Source of the DNA: Promethearchaeia archaeon
Lineage (GTDB): Archaea; Asgardarchaeota; Lokiarchaeia; Sigyniarchaeales; SOKP01
DNA length: 55,296 nt
NCBI GenBank assembly: GCA_029856155.1
Contig: JAHQWL010000022.1
Location: forward strand, 1-55,296
Direction of reading: 5' to 3'
Shown here: positions 39,783-50,040 of the stretch, in pieces
How positions within the stretch are numbered: position 1 is the first letter of the stretch
Layout of the letters: each line of letters begins with the position of its first letter
Position numbers and translations under genes: made by a program
The notes under the pieces: generated by a model
What the model saw: only the letters and a program-made list of their open reading frames with translations
The model's database searches: none
Told to the model about the DNA's origin: nothing

Positions 39783-40411
39783 TAATTATTCCCCTCTTGT
39801 TTTATAATTATATTTTGGATATTATGAAAATTATTCAATTCATAAACTATTACTTCTATATGAAGTTCTCTTAATTGTTTAGTTATTTCTGATAGAGTTC
39901 TTTCATGGAAAAAATGTATAAGAGACAAATCTTCATTTTCATGCAATCTTGCTAAATCTAGAATTTTTTTAACAATCCATTGTGGTCTTGTTTTTGTTTC
40001 TAAAATTTTATTATCATGATTGACTTCCTTTTTAAGAACATCAATCCAGGATTTTAAATTTAGCCCTTTAAAAGAGTTTTTATCATCTAAATTTCTATAT
40101 TCTGTTAATAACTCTCCAATTTGCTCTTCTTTCTTGTTTATCTCTTCAAAAAGGTATCCATATGCATACTCAGGCATATCTAATAAGTGAAATTCTAAAT
40201 CTAGAGCATTTAAAACAATTGAAAGATTAGAATTTTTAAAATCTTTAAAGTTTTCATTATTTATTTCAAGTGTAATAAAAGAAACTTCATTATTACTAAC
40301 CAATTCCTTTAATGTATCAATATCATTAAGTTTAGGGTTAATTCTAATTTTGTCTATTAAATATATAGTAATTTTTTTGTTGGTTATTGGTTTTAATTCT
40401 AACACTTCCAT
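39782..40411 (-). CDS. Hypothetical protein paralogous to the N-terminal domain of the downstream Mtd fusion
   Basis: Identical MEVLELKP start; D(M/I).E.A..YL, W...L..E and R..W....IL..A shared; TAATG overlap. Confidence 0.75.
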   Translation of the reverse strand: MEVLELKPITNKKITIYLIDKIRINPKLNDIDTLKELVSNNEVSFITLEINNENFKDFKNSNLSIVLNALDLEFHLLDMPEYAYGYLFEEINKKEEQIGELLTEYRNLDDKNSFKGLNLKSWIDVLKKEVNHDNKILETKTRPQWIVKKILDLARLHENEDLSLIHFFHERTLSEITKQLRELHIEVIVYELNNFHNIQNIIIKQEGNN

Positions 40412-40572
40412 TTTAATTCCCTTCCTTTTTTTTTTTTATTAATCTTTTTTAATATAACTATCATAACCTTACAAGATAAACCCGTTCTATCTTTCTGAGC
40501 TATGATGTTAATTCTAATTATATTATAATCTGATTAGAATTTAAATAGTTTGATAAGAAAAATTTTTATCCT

Positions 40573-40700
40573 TTTGACAAATTTAATTTTCAAAATCATT
40601 TTTTAGTGATTTTTATTTTCATTGAGAATATTGAATATTTCGACTTTCTCCAAAAATAACCTCTTTTTAAAAATTTAAATTGAAAATAAAATTTGTCAAA
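40573..40700. promoter_or_regulatory. Pair of 21-bp inverted repeats in the divergent mtd/hdr intergenic region
   Basis: TTTGACAAATTTAATTTTCAA (40573-40593) and TTGAAAATAAAATTTGTCAAA (40680-40700), 20/21 complementary. Confidence 0.55.
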
Positions 40701-41214
40701 TTTTTTGATAAATAAATAATTTCAACATTTTGACTACTTTTTGATCATAGGTAATAAGAATAGAATAGCTAATTTCAACTTATATGGTATTTTTTACTCA
40801 AAAAGGCGATTCTTTACAATAAATTTATAATTTTTCATTAGCAGATATAGACAAATCTGTCAAGTATAACATAACAAATCTGTAAAATTACCGAAATATT
40901 TTACATATTTCTATAATAATGTTAATTAATATTTATAAATCAAAAATAGAATTATCTAATTCTATCAATATTCTTTCTCTAATTGAATAATTCTCCTATC
41001 AATAAAACCGAAATATTCGTTTTTCTAGCATAAGAGTATTATATCCAATCAATGAAGTGACTGAAAAAGAAAATTCAGAGCAAGGATTTTTAAGTATGAA
41101 TTACCTTTTCTATCTTAGAAATAGATCATTTTGAAAATTTATTATAATTAAGAGGAAACGAAATTTTTAAACTCATTTAATTAATCCTGTTCAATAAAAA
41201 AAGGTGATATACGC

Positions 41215-41367
41215 ATTTTAGTAGAAAAGGGAGAGATAAAAGAATTTTGTAATAAATGTGGGGCAATGCTGGAAAATAATGACTATGTATACAGACGCAC
41301 AGCGCCTAATGTTAGAACATATGTCTGTTCTAAATGCGGGTATTTTGAATGGTATGTCGAGGAATAA
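41215..41367 (+). CDS. Small Zn-ribbon/rubredoxin-like protein leading the hdr operon (not in ORF track)
   Basis: EFCNKCGAML...YVCSKCGYFEWYVEE; GGTGA at 41203-41207; stop 6 bp before the next gene; start codon uncertain (ATT). Confidence 0.7.
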   Translation: MLVEKGEIKEFCNKCGAMLENNDYVYRRTAPNVRTYVCSKCGYFEWYVEE

Positions 41368-41373
41368 TTTTCG

Positions 41374-42624
41374 ATGTCATCTTATCTTAATCATGAAATT
41401 GAAACTGATAATTCAGACTGCCAAATTTTAGGCGAAAGCATCAAAAATGTTATTGCAACATCAAATTTTTGTTATGCTTGCAATCGATGTGTAAATGTGT
41501 GTCCACTTTCGCACTTAAACTTGTTTTTTCCACGAAAGTTAGTAGGGGATTTAATTTTTTCTTCGGTGGGAGAAGTGGTAAATAAACATAACATATGGAA
41601 TTGTCTTACTTGTGGTCAATGTACAGTTTATTGTCCAATGAGTCAAGAAAATGAGGGCATAAATATACCTAAATTAATTTTAGAATTGAGAAAGATTTCT
41701 AGAAATGATCAATTACAAAAGAATAGAATTATTCAGTGTGAAACACATAATCAAATTTTTCCACTAATCTGGAATATAATGGCAGATAATCTGATAAATC
41801 CAAATAAATTAGAATTTTTAAAGGAGAACAATTTAAAAACAACGGAATCTGGAGAGATTGCTTGCTTTATTGGATGTTTACCTTTAATGGAAGAAGTATT
41901 TTATAATTTAAATTTTAAATATACTAATATACCTATTACAATAATAGGTTTACTTAATGAAGTCGATATTGTGCCAGTGGTTTTAAATGAAAAATGCTGT
42001 GGACATGACGTTCTATGGGGTAAGGGAGATATTGAAACTTTTAAAAAATTTGCTGAATATAACACTCAGATTTATAGAAACGCCGGTGTAAAAACTGTTA
42101 TTGTTGGTTGTGCTGAAGGATATAGAACTTGGAAATTTGATTATCCAAAAATAATAGACGATTTTGATTTTAAAGTGATGCATTTTTCTGAATTTTTTCT
42201 TAAAGAAAAAATTCTCAAAAATGTAAGATTCCCTTATCTATCTGATATCAAGGTGACCTATCATGACTCTTGTCGGATGGGGCGGTTAGCGGATAAGTTA
42301 TATGATGTCCCAAGAGAATTAATTAAACAAATTCCAGGAGTAGAGTTAATTGAAATGGAAAATATTAAAGATGATGCTAACTGTTGTGGCGTTTCAGCAT
42401 TTTCAAATTGCAACGAATATACACATATTTTAAGGAGAAATCGTATTAATGAAGCTATTAATACTAATGCAGATTACTTATTAGTTCCTTGCCCTAAATG
42501 CTTAACACATTTTAATTGTTATATAAATGAGCTTTCTTTAAATAAAGAATATAATGAATTAAGAAATAAAATCGAAGTAATTGATTTAGCAAGTTTTATT
42601 GGAAAGTTGTTGATGCTTTTTTAA
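41374..42624 (+). CDS. HdrD/GlpC-like protein (2x4Fe-4S plus two CCG domains)
   Basis: CYACNRCVNVCP, CLTCGQCTVYCP, EKCCG, YHDSC, CCG, CPKC. Confidence 0.88.
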   Translation: MSSYLNHEIETDNSDCQILGESIKNVIATSNFCYACNRCVNVCPLSHLNLFFPRKLVGDLIFSSVGEVVNKHNIWNCLTCGQCTVYCPMSQENEGINIPKLILELRKISRNDQLQKNRIIQCETHNQIFPLIWNIMADNLINPNKLEFLKENNLKTTESGEIACFIGCLPLMEEVFYNLNFKYTNIPITIIGLLNEVDIVPVVLNEKCCGHDVLWGKGDIETFKKFAEYNTQIYRNAGVKTVIVGCAEGYRTWKFDYPKIIDDFDFKVMHFSEFFLKEKILKNVRFPYLSDIKVTYHDSCRMGRLADKLYDVPRELIKQIPGVELIEMENIKDDANCCGVSAFSNCNEYTHILRRNRINEAINTNADYLLVPCPKCLTHFNCYINELSLNKEYNELRNKIEVIDLASFIGKLLMLF

Positions 42625-42678
42625 ATTACTATTTAAAAAGAAGAATTTAAAGTTAAAGTTTTATTGGGGCTTTGACAA

Positions 42679-45600
42679 ATGTCAAGTTTATGGAGTAGTG
42701 TTTTGGTTATTGGAGGAGGAATCTCAGGGATACAAGCGTCCTTAGATCTAACCAAGTTAGGTTTTAAAGTATATTTAGTTGAAATTAAACCAACAATTGG
42801 GGGAACTATGGCCCAATTAGATAAGATATATCCTACTCTTGATTGTAGTTTATGCATCTTAGCTCCAAAAATGGTTGATGTATATAGAAATCCAAATATT
42901 GAATTATTTACTTATTCTTATGTTAAAAACATTAGAGGGACTCCTGGTGATTACACAATAACAATTATTAAAAAGCCAAGATATTTAAAAGAAGATCTCT
43001 GTAAAGGATGTGGGGATTGTGAAGAAATTTGTCCCGTTAGAGGAATTCCTAGTGAATTTGATACTCATTTAAAAACTCGAGGTGCTATATATATTCCTTT
43101 TCCATCTTCAGTACCCCCAATATATCTCATTGATGAATCAAAATGCATATATTTAAATTATAGAATATGTGGACTTTGCGCTAAAGCTTGTAATTCCGAA
43201 GCAATAGATTTTTTACAAAAACCAGAAGAAATTAAGGTGAAAGTAGGGGCTATTATTATTGCAACAGGATATAATCAAGAAATGCCAGAAGTTTATAATT
43301 CTTTTGCTGGTTCTTCCCCTAATGTTTTATCTAATATGCAATTTGAGCGTCTTTTATCAGCAAATGGGCCTACTGGTGGTAAAATTATAAGATTAGATGA
43401 TAAGAAACATCCTCATTCAATTGGTTTTATACAATGTGTAGGTTCTAGAAACGTTCATCATCCTGAATGTAAAAAATATTGTTCTGCCATATGTTGTATG
43501 AATTCGGCTAAAGAAGCAATAGTTGTCAAAGAACATGATCCAAGCATTGATTGTTATATTTTTAATACAGAAATCAGAGCAAAAGGTAAAAATTTTTATG
43601 AATTTATCGAAAAAAGTAAGATTGAATATGATGTCAAATATGTAAACGGTCATGTTTCATATATTAAAGAAAATTTAGATAACGGAAAATTAAAGTTATA
43701 TTTCGAAGATATTGATACAGGAAAAGTTGGAACTTTTGAAGTTGATATGGCCATATTAGCTAGTGCACTATCTCCCCCTCCTTCTTATTATAAGCTATTA
43801 AGGAAACTCAGTTTGGATTGTGATGATTTAGGTTACATTAGTGAAAGGGACATAATTTTACTTGAAAAAAAGAATATTTTCGTAACTGGCTATTCTAGAA
43901 AACCCAATGATATTCAAATGGCTGTTGCTGAAGGTTCTGCTTGTGCAGCTAAAATTAGTGAGAAATTGTCTCCTGTCAGATTTCAAAATATTATACAATT
44001 GAAATATCCTCCAGAAATACCAGTAAAACCGGAAGATGAGCCTCGTGTAGGTATTTTAGTTTGTCGGTGTGGTATTAATATCGGGGGTATCGTTAATGTT
44101 CCCGAAGTAGTAGATTATGTTTCTAAATTACCATATGTTGTCCATGTTGAAGAAAACATGTATTCTTGTAGTTCTGATTCACAAGAGCGGATTAAAGAAC
44201 TAATTATAAAATACAATCTTAATAGATTTATAGTTGCTTCTTGTACCCCGCGAACTCATGAACAACTTTTTAAAAATACTCTAAGAGAAGTAGGATTAAA
44301 TCCATTTTTATTTGAACTAGTAAACATAAGAAATCAAGATTCATGGGTCCATCAAAATGAACCTGAAAAGGCTACTAAAAAAGCATGTGATTTAATAAGA
44401 ATGCACTTAGCGAAGGTAATTAATTTAAAGCCATTAGAAACTATTAAAGAAAAAGTTGATAAATCATCTTTAATAATTGGTGGTGGAATTGCAGGAATAA
44501 CCACTGCACATAATTTGGCAAATCAAGGATTTGAAATATACCTTGTAGAGAAGAAATCCTCTCTTGGAGGTAACGCTCTTGAGTTTATTGATTTATACTA
44601 TATACCTATTACGAAAAATGAAATTTTACAGAAAATTTATGATTTGAAAAACAAATCTGGTATTCATATTTTATTAAATTCAGAAATAGATGATATTCAA
44701 GGTTATGTTGGAAATTATCAAGTAAAAGTTAAAAATGTTCATGATAGTTCAAAATATACAAAATTCAATGTAGGTACAATAATAGTATCTACGGGAACTA
44801 AACAAATAAAAACGAATAGATGGATGGATTTATCGGAAAAATATCCTAATCGTTTACTTACTCAAACAGAATTAACTGCATTAAATGATGAAGATGTCCC
44901 TGTATTTAAAGATGCTACAATAATATTGTGCGTAGATCAAAGAAGTGACGAATTTAATAGGGGAGATAATATAAAACCTTATTGCTCAAATATCTGTTGC
45001 GGTGTAGCATTAAAGAATATTGAAAAATTATTGAATATCAATCCTAAAGCACATATTCACATTTTATATAGAGAATTTCAATTCTCAGATTTAAATGCTG
45101 AAAATCTATGGCGAGGTCTTCGAAAGAAAGTAACTTATGAAAGATATCGTTCAATTGATGATATCAAAATTAGTGATGAAAATCATAACTTCCATATCTT
45201 ATATAATAATATTGGCGCACAAACAAATATAGAATATGATACTGATTTATTAATATTAGCTACTCCAAAAGTTCCTACTGATGATACAAAACAATTAGCA
45301 AAAATGTTAAAAGTATCAACAAATGTAGATGGCTTTTTCTTAGAAGCTGATGCAAAACTTAGACCAATTGATTTTGCTACAGAAGGAATTTTCCTTTGTG
45401 GAGGAGCTCATTGGCCAAAATGGATTGGTGAAAGTATAATTCAAGCTTATGCTGCTGCTGGAAGAGCAGCAATAATAATGGTTAAAGGGGAAATAGAAAC
45501 TGAATGCATTACTTCTTATGTAAATGAAGAAAAATGTATAGGATGCGGTAATTGTACTGAGATTTGCCCCTATAATGCAATTGAATTGGTTGAAATCTGT

Positions 45601-45792
45601 AAAGAGATCGGTTTGTATAATATATCTATGAAAAAGGCTCATATAATTAGTGCTGTTTGTAAGGGGTGCGGAGCTTGTGTTGTGGAATGTTCAGTGGGGG
45701 CTATTAACCAAAATCATTTTAGTAAATTTCAAATTAACAAAATGATTGATTTATTACCAAGCTTAGATATAATTGATTATGAAATTGTTTAA
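42679..45792 (+). CDS. hdrA: Large HdrA-like flavoprotein with two FAD-binding modules (Cys form)
   Basis: GGGISG, DCSLC, QCVGSR, YCSAICC, internal VCRCG/ASCTP/RNQDSWVH, second GGGIAG, YCSNICC, C-terminal ferredoxin. Confidence 0.9.
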   Translation: MSSLWSSVLVIGGGISGIQASLDLTKLGFKVYLVEIKPTIGGTMAQLDKIYPTLDCSLCILAPKMVDVYRNPNIELFTYSYVKNIRGTPGDYTITIIKKPRYLKEDLCKGCGDCEEICPVRGIPSEFDTHLKTRGAIYIPFPSSVPPIYLIDESKCIYLNYRICGLCAKACNSEAIDFLQKPEEIKVKVGAIIIATGYNQEMPEVYNSFAGSSPNVLSNMQFERLLSANGPTGGKIIRLDDKKHPHSIGFIQCVGSRNVHHPECKKYCSAICCMNSAKEAIVVKEHDPSIDCYIFNTEIRAKGKNFYEFIEKSKIEYDVKYVNGHVSYIKENLDNGKLKLYFEDIDTGKVGTFEVDMAILASALSPPPSYYKLLRKLSLDCDDLGYISERDIILLEKKNIFVTGYSRKPNDIQMAVAEGSACAAKISEKLSPVRFQNIIQLKYPPEIPVKPEDEPRVGILVCRCGINIGGIVNVPEVVDYVSKLPYVVHVEENMYSCSSDSQERIKELIIKYNLNRFIVASCTPRTHEQLFKNTLREVGLNPFLFELVNIRNQDSWVHQNEPEKATKKACDLIRMHLAKVINLKPLETIKEKVDKSSLIIGGGIAGITTAHNLANQGFEIYLVEKKSSLGGNALEFIDLYYIPITKNEILQKIYDLKNKSGIHILLNSEIDDIQGYVGNYQVKVKNVHDSSKYTKFNVGTIIVSTGTKQIKTNRWMDLSEKYPNRLLTQTELTALNDEDVPVFKDATIILCVDQRSDEFNRGDNIKPYCSNICCGVALKNIEKLLNINPKAHIHILYREFQFSDLNAENLWRGLRKKVTYERYRSIDDIKISDENHNFHILYNNIGAQTNIEYDTDLLILATPKVPTDDTKQLAKMLKVSTNVDGFFLEADAKLRPIDFATEGIFLCGGAHWPKWIGESIIQAYAAAGRAAIIMVKGEIETECITSYVNEEKCIGCGNCTEICPYNAIELVEICKEIGLYNISMKKAHIISAVCKGCGACVVECSVGAINQNHFSKFQINKMIDLLPSLDIIDYEIV

Positions 45793-46284
45793 TTGGGGGG
45801 ATTTATCCTGTTAAAAATAAAAAAAAAGCTAAAAAATGGATTTGAACCCAATATTTTAGTTTTTTGCTGTAATTGGTGTAGTTATGCTGGTGCAGACTTA
45901 GCAGGTGTTTCGAGGTTCCAATATCCCCCAAATATTAGAATTATTAGGGTCATGTGTTCTAGTAGGGTTGATCCTACATTCATTCTACGAGCTTTTAATA
46001 ATGGAATAGATGGAGTATTAATTATTGGATGCCATATGGGTGATTGTCATTATATGAAAGGATTTGAATACACTCAAGTTAGAATGGATCATTTAAAAAA
46101 ATTAATAAAATATATTGGAATTGAAGCAGATCGATTTGAACTGCACTCTATTTCTGCCAGTGAGGGAAAGCAATTTTCTGAATTAATTAAAAATTTTACA
46201 AAGACAATTAAAGAATTTGGAGAATTAAGAATCCCTAAAAAACCTGGTATATTTGAATTCGAATATAATTGTAAAAAGAATTAA
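45793..46284 (+). CDS. mvhD: MvhD/FlpD [2Fe-2S] subunit (Cys form)
   Basis: FCCNWCSYAGADLAG, RVMCSSR, GCHMGDCHY. Confidence 0.93.
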   Translation: MGGFILLKIKKKLKNGFEPNILVFCCNWCSYAGADLAGVSRFQYPPNIRIIRVMCSSRVDPTFILRAFNNGIDGVLIIGCHMGDCHYMKGFEYTQVRMDHLKKLIKYIGIEADRFELHSISASEGKQFSELIKNFTKTIKEFGELRIPKKPGIFEFEYNCKKN

Positions 46285-46299
46285 TAAAAAGGAATTATA

Positions 46300-47430
46300 A
46301 TGACCGAATTAGCTTATAAGAAACTTTTACAAAACGAAGTAAAAACATTTGAAGATCTTAAAAATGAAATAATTGATGGTAATAAATGCTGTGCATGTGC
46401 TGCTTGCATAGCATATTGCGAAAGTCAAGGTTTTGATGTTATTGAAATGAAGGGAGATAATCCTGAGTTTAAATCAGAAAAAAGTGTTGAAAATTGTACT
46501 AAATGTGGTGTCTGTTATTATATTTGTCCTCAAACTAAAGTATTATTAAAACAATTAAATGAAATTTATGGTATTGAAGATAATATTGGAAAAGTTGTTA
46601 AAATTCTTGCTGCTAAAACAACAAATACTGGATTAGAAAAAGTTGGACAAGATGGAGGGGTTGTTTCAGCAATTCTAACATATTTATTTGAAAAACATAA
46701 AATTGATGCCGCTATTGTTTCGGAATTTGACCAAAATTTTAAGCCCGTTCCAAAAATTATATTTGATAAAGAGGATTTATTTAAATCCGCAGGTACACGT
46801 TATTCTATTTCTCCTCAAATATTCCCTTTAAAAAATTTATACACCATACCGAAAAAAATTCTTATCAAGAAGGAGATATTTGATATTGATGAGCTAAGAA
46901 TAGCATTTATTGGAACTCCTTGTCAATGTAGGGCTGTTAATAAAATGAAATTTTTACATGTTAAACCAGCTCATGTCATTAAATATATTATAGGCCTTTT
47001 CTGTTTTGAGAATTTTATTTATGACAAATTATATGATATTTTAAAAAGAGAAATAAAAGTTGATCCTACTAATATCAAGAAAACTTGGATAAAAAAGAAT
47101 TTCTTTATCCAAACCAAAGATAATAAAGAATTCGAAATCGATATAAGAACTCTTAATCCCGCAGTAAGAAATAATTGCCATGAATGTGATGAATTCACGG
47201 GAAGATTTACAGATATTAGTGTTGGGGCATCCGGAGCACCAGAAGGATATTCTATGATACTAATTAGAACTGATAATGGTAAGAAGGTAATAAATAATAT
47301 GCTTTCAAAAGGGATAATTGAGCAATTTATTGTTCCATCTAACAGAACTATTGAGTGGAAGAATAAAAAATTGGAGTGGTATAATAAATTAATTTCCTTA
47401 AAGATCCGAAATCAAACTAATATGAACTAA
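46300..47430 (+). CDS. FrhB/FdhB-family F420-interacting subunit with N-terminal ferredoxin
   Basis: CCACAAC, CTKCGVC, GQDGGVVS, AGTRY, GTPCQ, GLFCFENF, CHEC...DISVG. Confidence 0.88.
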   Translation: MTELAYKKLLQNEVKTFEDLKNEIIDGNKCCACAACIAYCESQGFDVIEMKGDNPEFKSEKSVENCTKCGVCYYICPQTKVLLKQLNEIYGIEDNIGKVVKILAAKTTNTGLEKVGQDGGVVSAILTYLFEKHKIDAAIVSEFDQNFKPVPKIIFDKEDLFKSAGTRYSISPQIFPLKNLYTIPKKILIKKEIFDIDELRIAFIGTPCQCRAVNKMKFLHVKPAHVIKYIIGLFCFENFIYDKLYDILKREIKVDPTNIKKTWIKKNFFIQTKDNKEFEIDIRTLNPAVRNNCHECDEFTGRFTDISVGASGAPEGYSMILIRTDNGKKVINNMLSKGIIEQFIVPSNRTIEWKNKKLEWYNKLISLKIRNQTNMN

Positions 47431-47465
47431 AGATATAAATTCATCTTAATTATTATTTTTATTTT

Positions 47466-47536
47466 TCTGAAATCCCATGCAATGGGTAAGTTTCCTCTTA
47501 ACTAACATTTTTTTAAGAGGATCATTCTTTTTCAGA
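47466..47536 (-). promoter_or_regulatory. Candidate SECIS element in the 3' UTR of Sec-HdrA
   Basis: mRNA UCUGAAA-AAGA-AUGA-UCCUCUUAA-(AAAAAUGUUAG)-UUAAGAGGA-AACUUA-CCCAU-UGC-AUGGG-A-UUUCAGA, starting right after the stop codon. Confidence 0.6.
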
Positions 47537-49573
47537 TTATGTTGTAAAAGGAGCTAACGCTTCGATCTTTTTCCAAATAAGTTCAATGGATTCAATATAT
47601 TCTTCCTTATATTCAAGTTCAGTACTACAAATTCCTTTTATCTCTTCAGTAATTTGCTTATCTCTATAATATTTAAGATCAATTGCTCTGGCGGGGCATG
47701 ATGATACACAAACTCCACAACCTTTACATTTTAAATCGTCTACTTCAGCTATATTCCTTCCATTAACTTTTATTGCTTTATAATTGCAGAGTTTTTCACA
47801 TCTATGACATCCCATACATAGATTTTCATTTATTTCAGCTATGATTAATTCTTGAGTTATTTTATCTTTAGAAAGTAAAGTAGATGCTTTACTTGCTGCA
47901 GCTAATGCAGTTGATACGGTGTAAGGGATATTTTTAGGTCCCGCAGCACAACCACATATATAAATACCCAAATTATTTGTCTCTTGAGGTTTTAGGCATC
48001 CATGAACTTCAGTTAAAAACCCATTTATATCTTTAGCAATACCTAAAGTCTCAACAATTTGTGTTATTTTCTTAGAAGGAACCATACCAGTAGATAATAC
48101 AACTAAATCGGTATTCATTGTTATAAAATCATTTGTTAATGTCGAAGAAGCTGTAACTTTTATTTTTTTTAAGTCAGGAACTTCTCGAACATTCCCTACT
48201 TTTCCTCGAATCATTATTATCCCCGCTTCTCTCGCTTTTCTATAATATTCTTCATTCCCTTTATCCCATGTCCGCATGTCTATATAAAAGATAACAATTT
48301 CAATCTCAGGATATTCTTGTTTTAACAATTGAGCATTTTTGAGTGCAACATTACAACATACTCCTGAGCAATAGGGATTTCCGTGTAAGGATCTTGAACC
48401 TACGCATTGAATCATTGCGACTGATTTTGGGATTTTTCCATCAGAAATTCTACATACATGGCCCCCAGTTGGTCCCACTGGACTTAACATACGTTCTAAT
48501 TCTATTTGGGTAATTACATCAGGATAAATACCATATTTATATTCATTATTTTTCAAAACTGGATATTCATCCCAGCCCGTGGCGATAATTACTGCTCCAA
48601 CTTTTATATTTATATATTCTGAGGTCTGTTCTAAATCAATAGCGTCTGCAGGACAAATTCTTTGACAACTTTTGCAATCAATACAAACACTCTTATCTAT
48701 TAAAGCAATTTTAGGAACTGCTTGGGGAAAAGGTATGTAAATTGCTCCTCGTTCCCCCATACCTCTGTCAAATTCGTTAGGTACTTTTATTGGACATTTA
48801 GTTGTACATAATCCACAACCCGTACACTTACTTTCATTAATATATCGAGCTTTTTTGTGTATTTTAACATTATAATTTCCAGGGTTGCCACTAAATTTAC
48901 TTACCTCACTATAAGTAAGTAATGTTATATTTGGATGTTTTGACGTACTAACCATAATAGGTGCTAAAACTCATATAGCGCAATCGTCTGTAGGATAAAT
49001 TCGATCTAATTGTGCCATTTTTCCCCCAATAGTGGCTTCTTTTTCAACTAAATAGACGGGAATTCCTTGATTGGCTAAATCTAATGCTGCATTCATCCCT
49101 GCAATACCAGCGCCGATAATTAATACCGATTTTTCTACTGATAGTTTTTTAAAAGGTATTATTTCTAATTCTCTAGCACGATTTATTCCTGCTTGCACTA
49201 ACCTTATAGCTTTTTCAGTAGTTTTTCTCTTATTTCCCGAATAAGTAAATGAGCAATGTTCACGAAGATTAACCATTTGGAAGTAATATGGGTTTAATCC
49301 TGCTTCAACTAAGACTAATCGATACGTGGATTCATGAATTTTAGGTGTGCAAGCTGCAACAACCACCCGATTTAAGTCTAAATCTAAAATATCGTTTTTG
49401 ATAATTTTTTGTCCTGGATCGCTACAAGTAAAATCATTTACTCTAGAAACAATAACGTTTGGAAGGGCTTCAACATAATCTCTAATAAGATCACAATCGA
49501 TAGAAGCACTAATATTAACTCCTCATCTACAGATATACACTCCAATTCTTACCATGGTCTGTATCTCAGACAT
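47537..49573 (-). CDS. hdrA: Heterodisulfide reductase subunit A, selenoprotein with two in-frame UGA (codons 17 and 201), 678 aa
   Basis: One frame from ATG 49573 (GGTGA SD): GVYICR-TGA-GVNI (49523-49525) and DDCAI-TGA-VLAP (48971-48973); both align with Cys in the neighbouring HdrA (CRCGINI, DCSLCILAP). Confidence 0.9.
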
Positions 49574-50040
49574 TTAATTCACCTATTAAAATATCACCAA
49601 CTATTAATAATGACATACTAAATTCATAAAATTGAAAGAACTGAAAATTTGAAAATGAATAAAATGCATTTTATTTTGTGCTATTCAGATTAAATGATGA
49701 TTTTAAGTAAATTTAAAAAATATGATAAGAGGAATTTTAATTATTTGACAAAATTTTTAGTCTTTTTTTGACTTAATGTACGAATCTGAACTTTGCATAA
49801 TTATTTTCTTACAGAGAGTTTATCACTTTCATGATAGATATTAGGACTTTTCTAACACCTTTCTGACTATATCCGAATACATAAAATGGGAAAAAGATCA
49901 TACTTATATACTTTGACAATAATATTTATCATAGAGATCATAAAGTTAATCAAAATAGTCATAGTTATTTTTGAATTTAAAATTAGTTTTTCTATTAAAA
50001 GTATATAATATAATTTATTTGAAAAAAAGGGAATTGAATT

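Noticed and set aside
41148-41159. TTAAGAGGAAAC identical to the 3' arm of the SECIS candidate
   Set aside because: No complementary 5' arm or AUGA nearby and no UGA-containing gene upstream; probably chance
42673-42675. In-frame TGA two codons before the ATG of the large hdrA as possible Sec
   Set aside because: Upstream translation shows no HdrA-like sequence and the gap to hdrD is only about 50 bp
47537-49573. hdrA as a pseudogene or as two separate genes
   Set aside because: Both stops are TGA at Cys-equivalent positions, the frame is otherwise intact, and a SECIS-like structure follows
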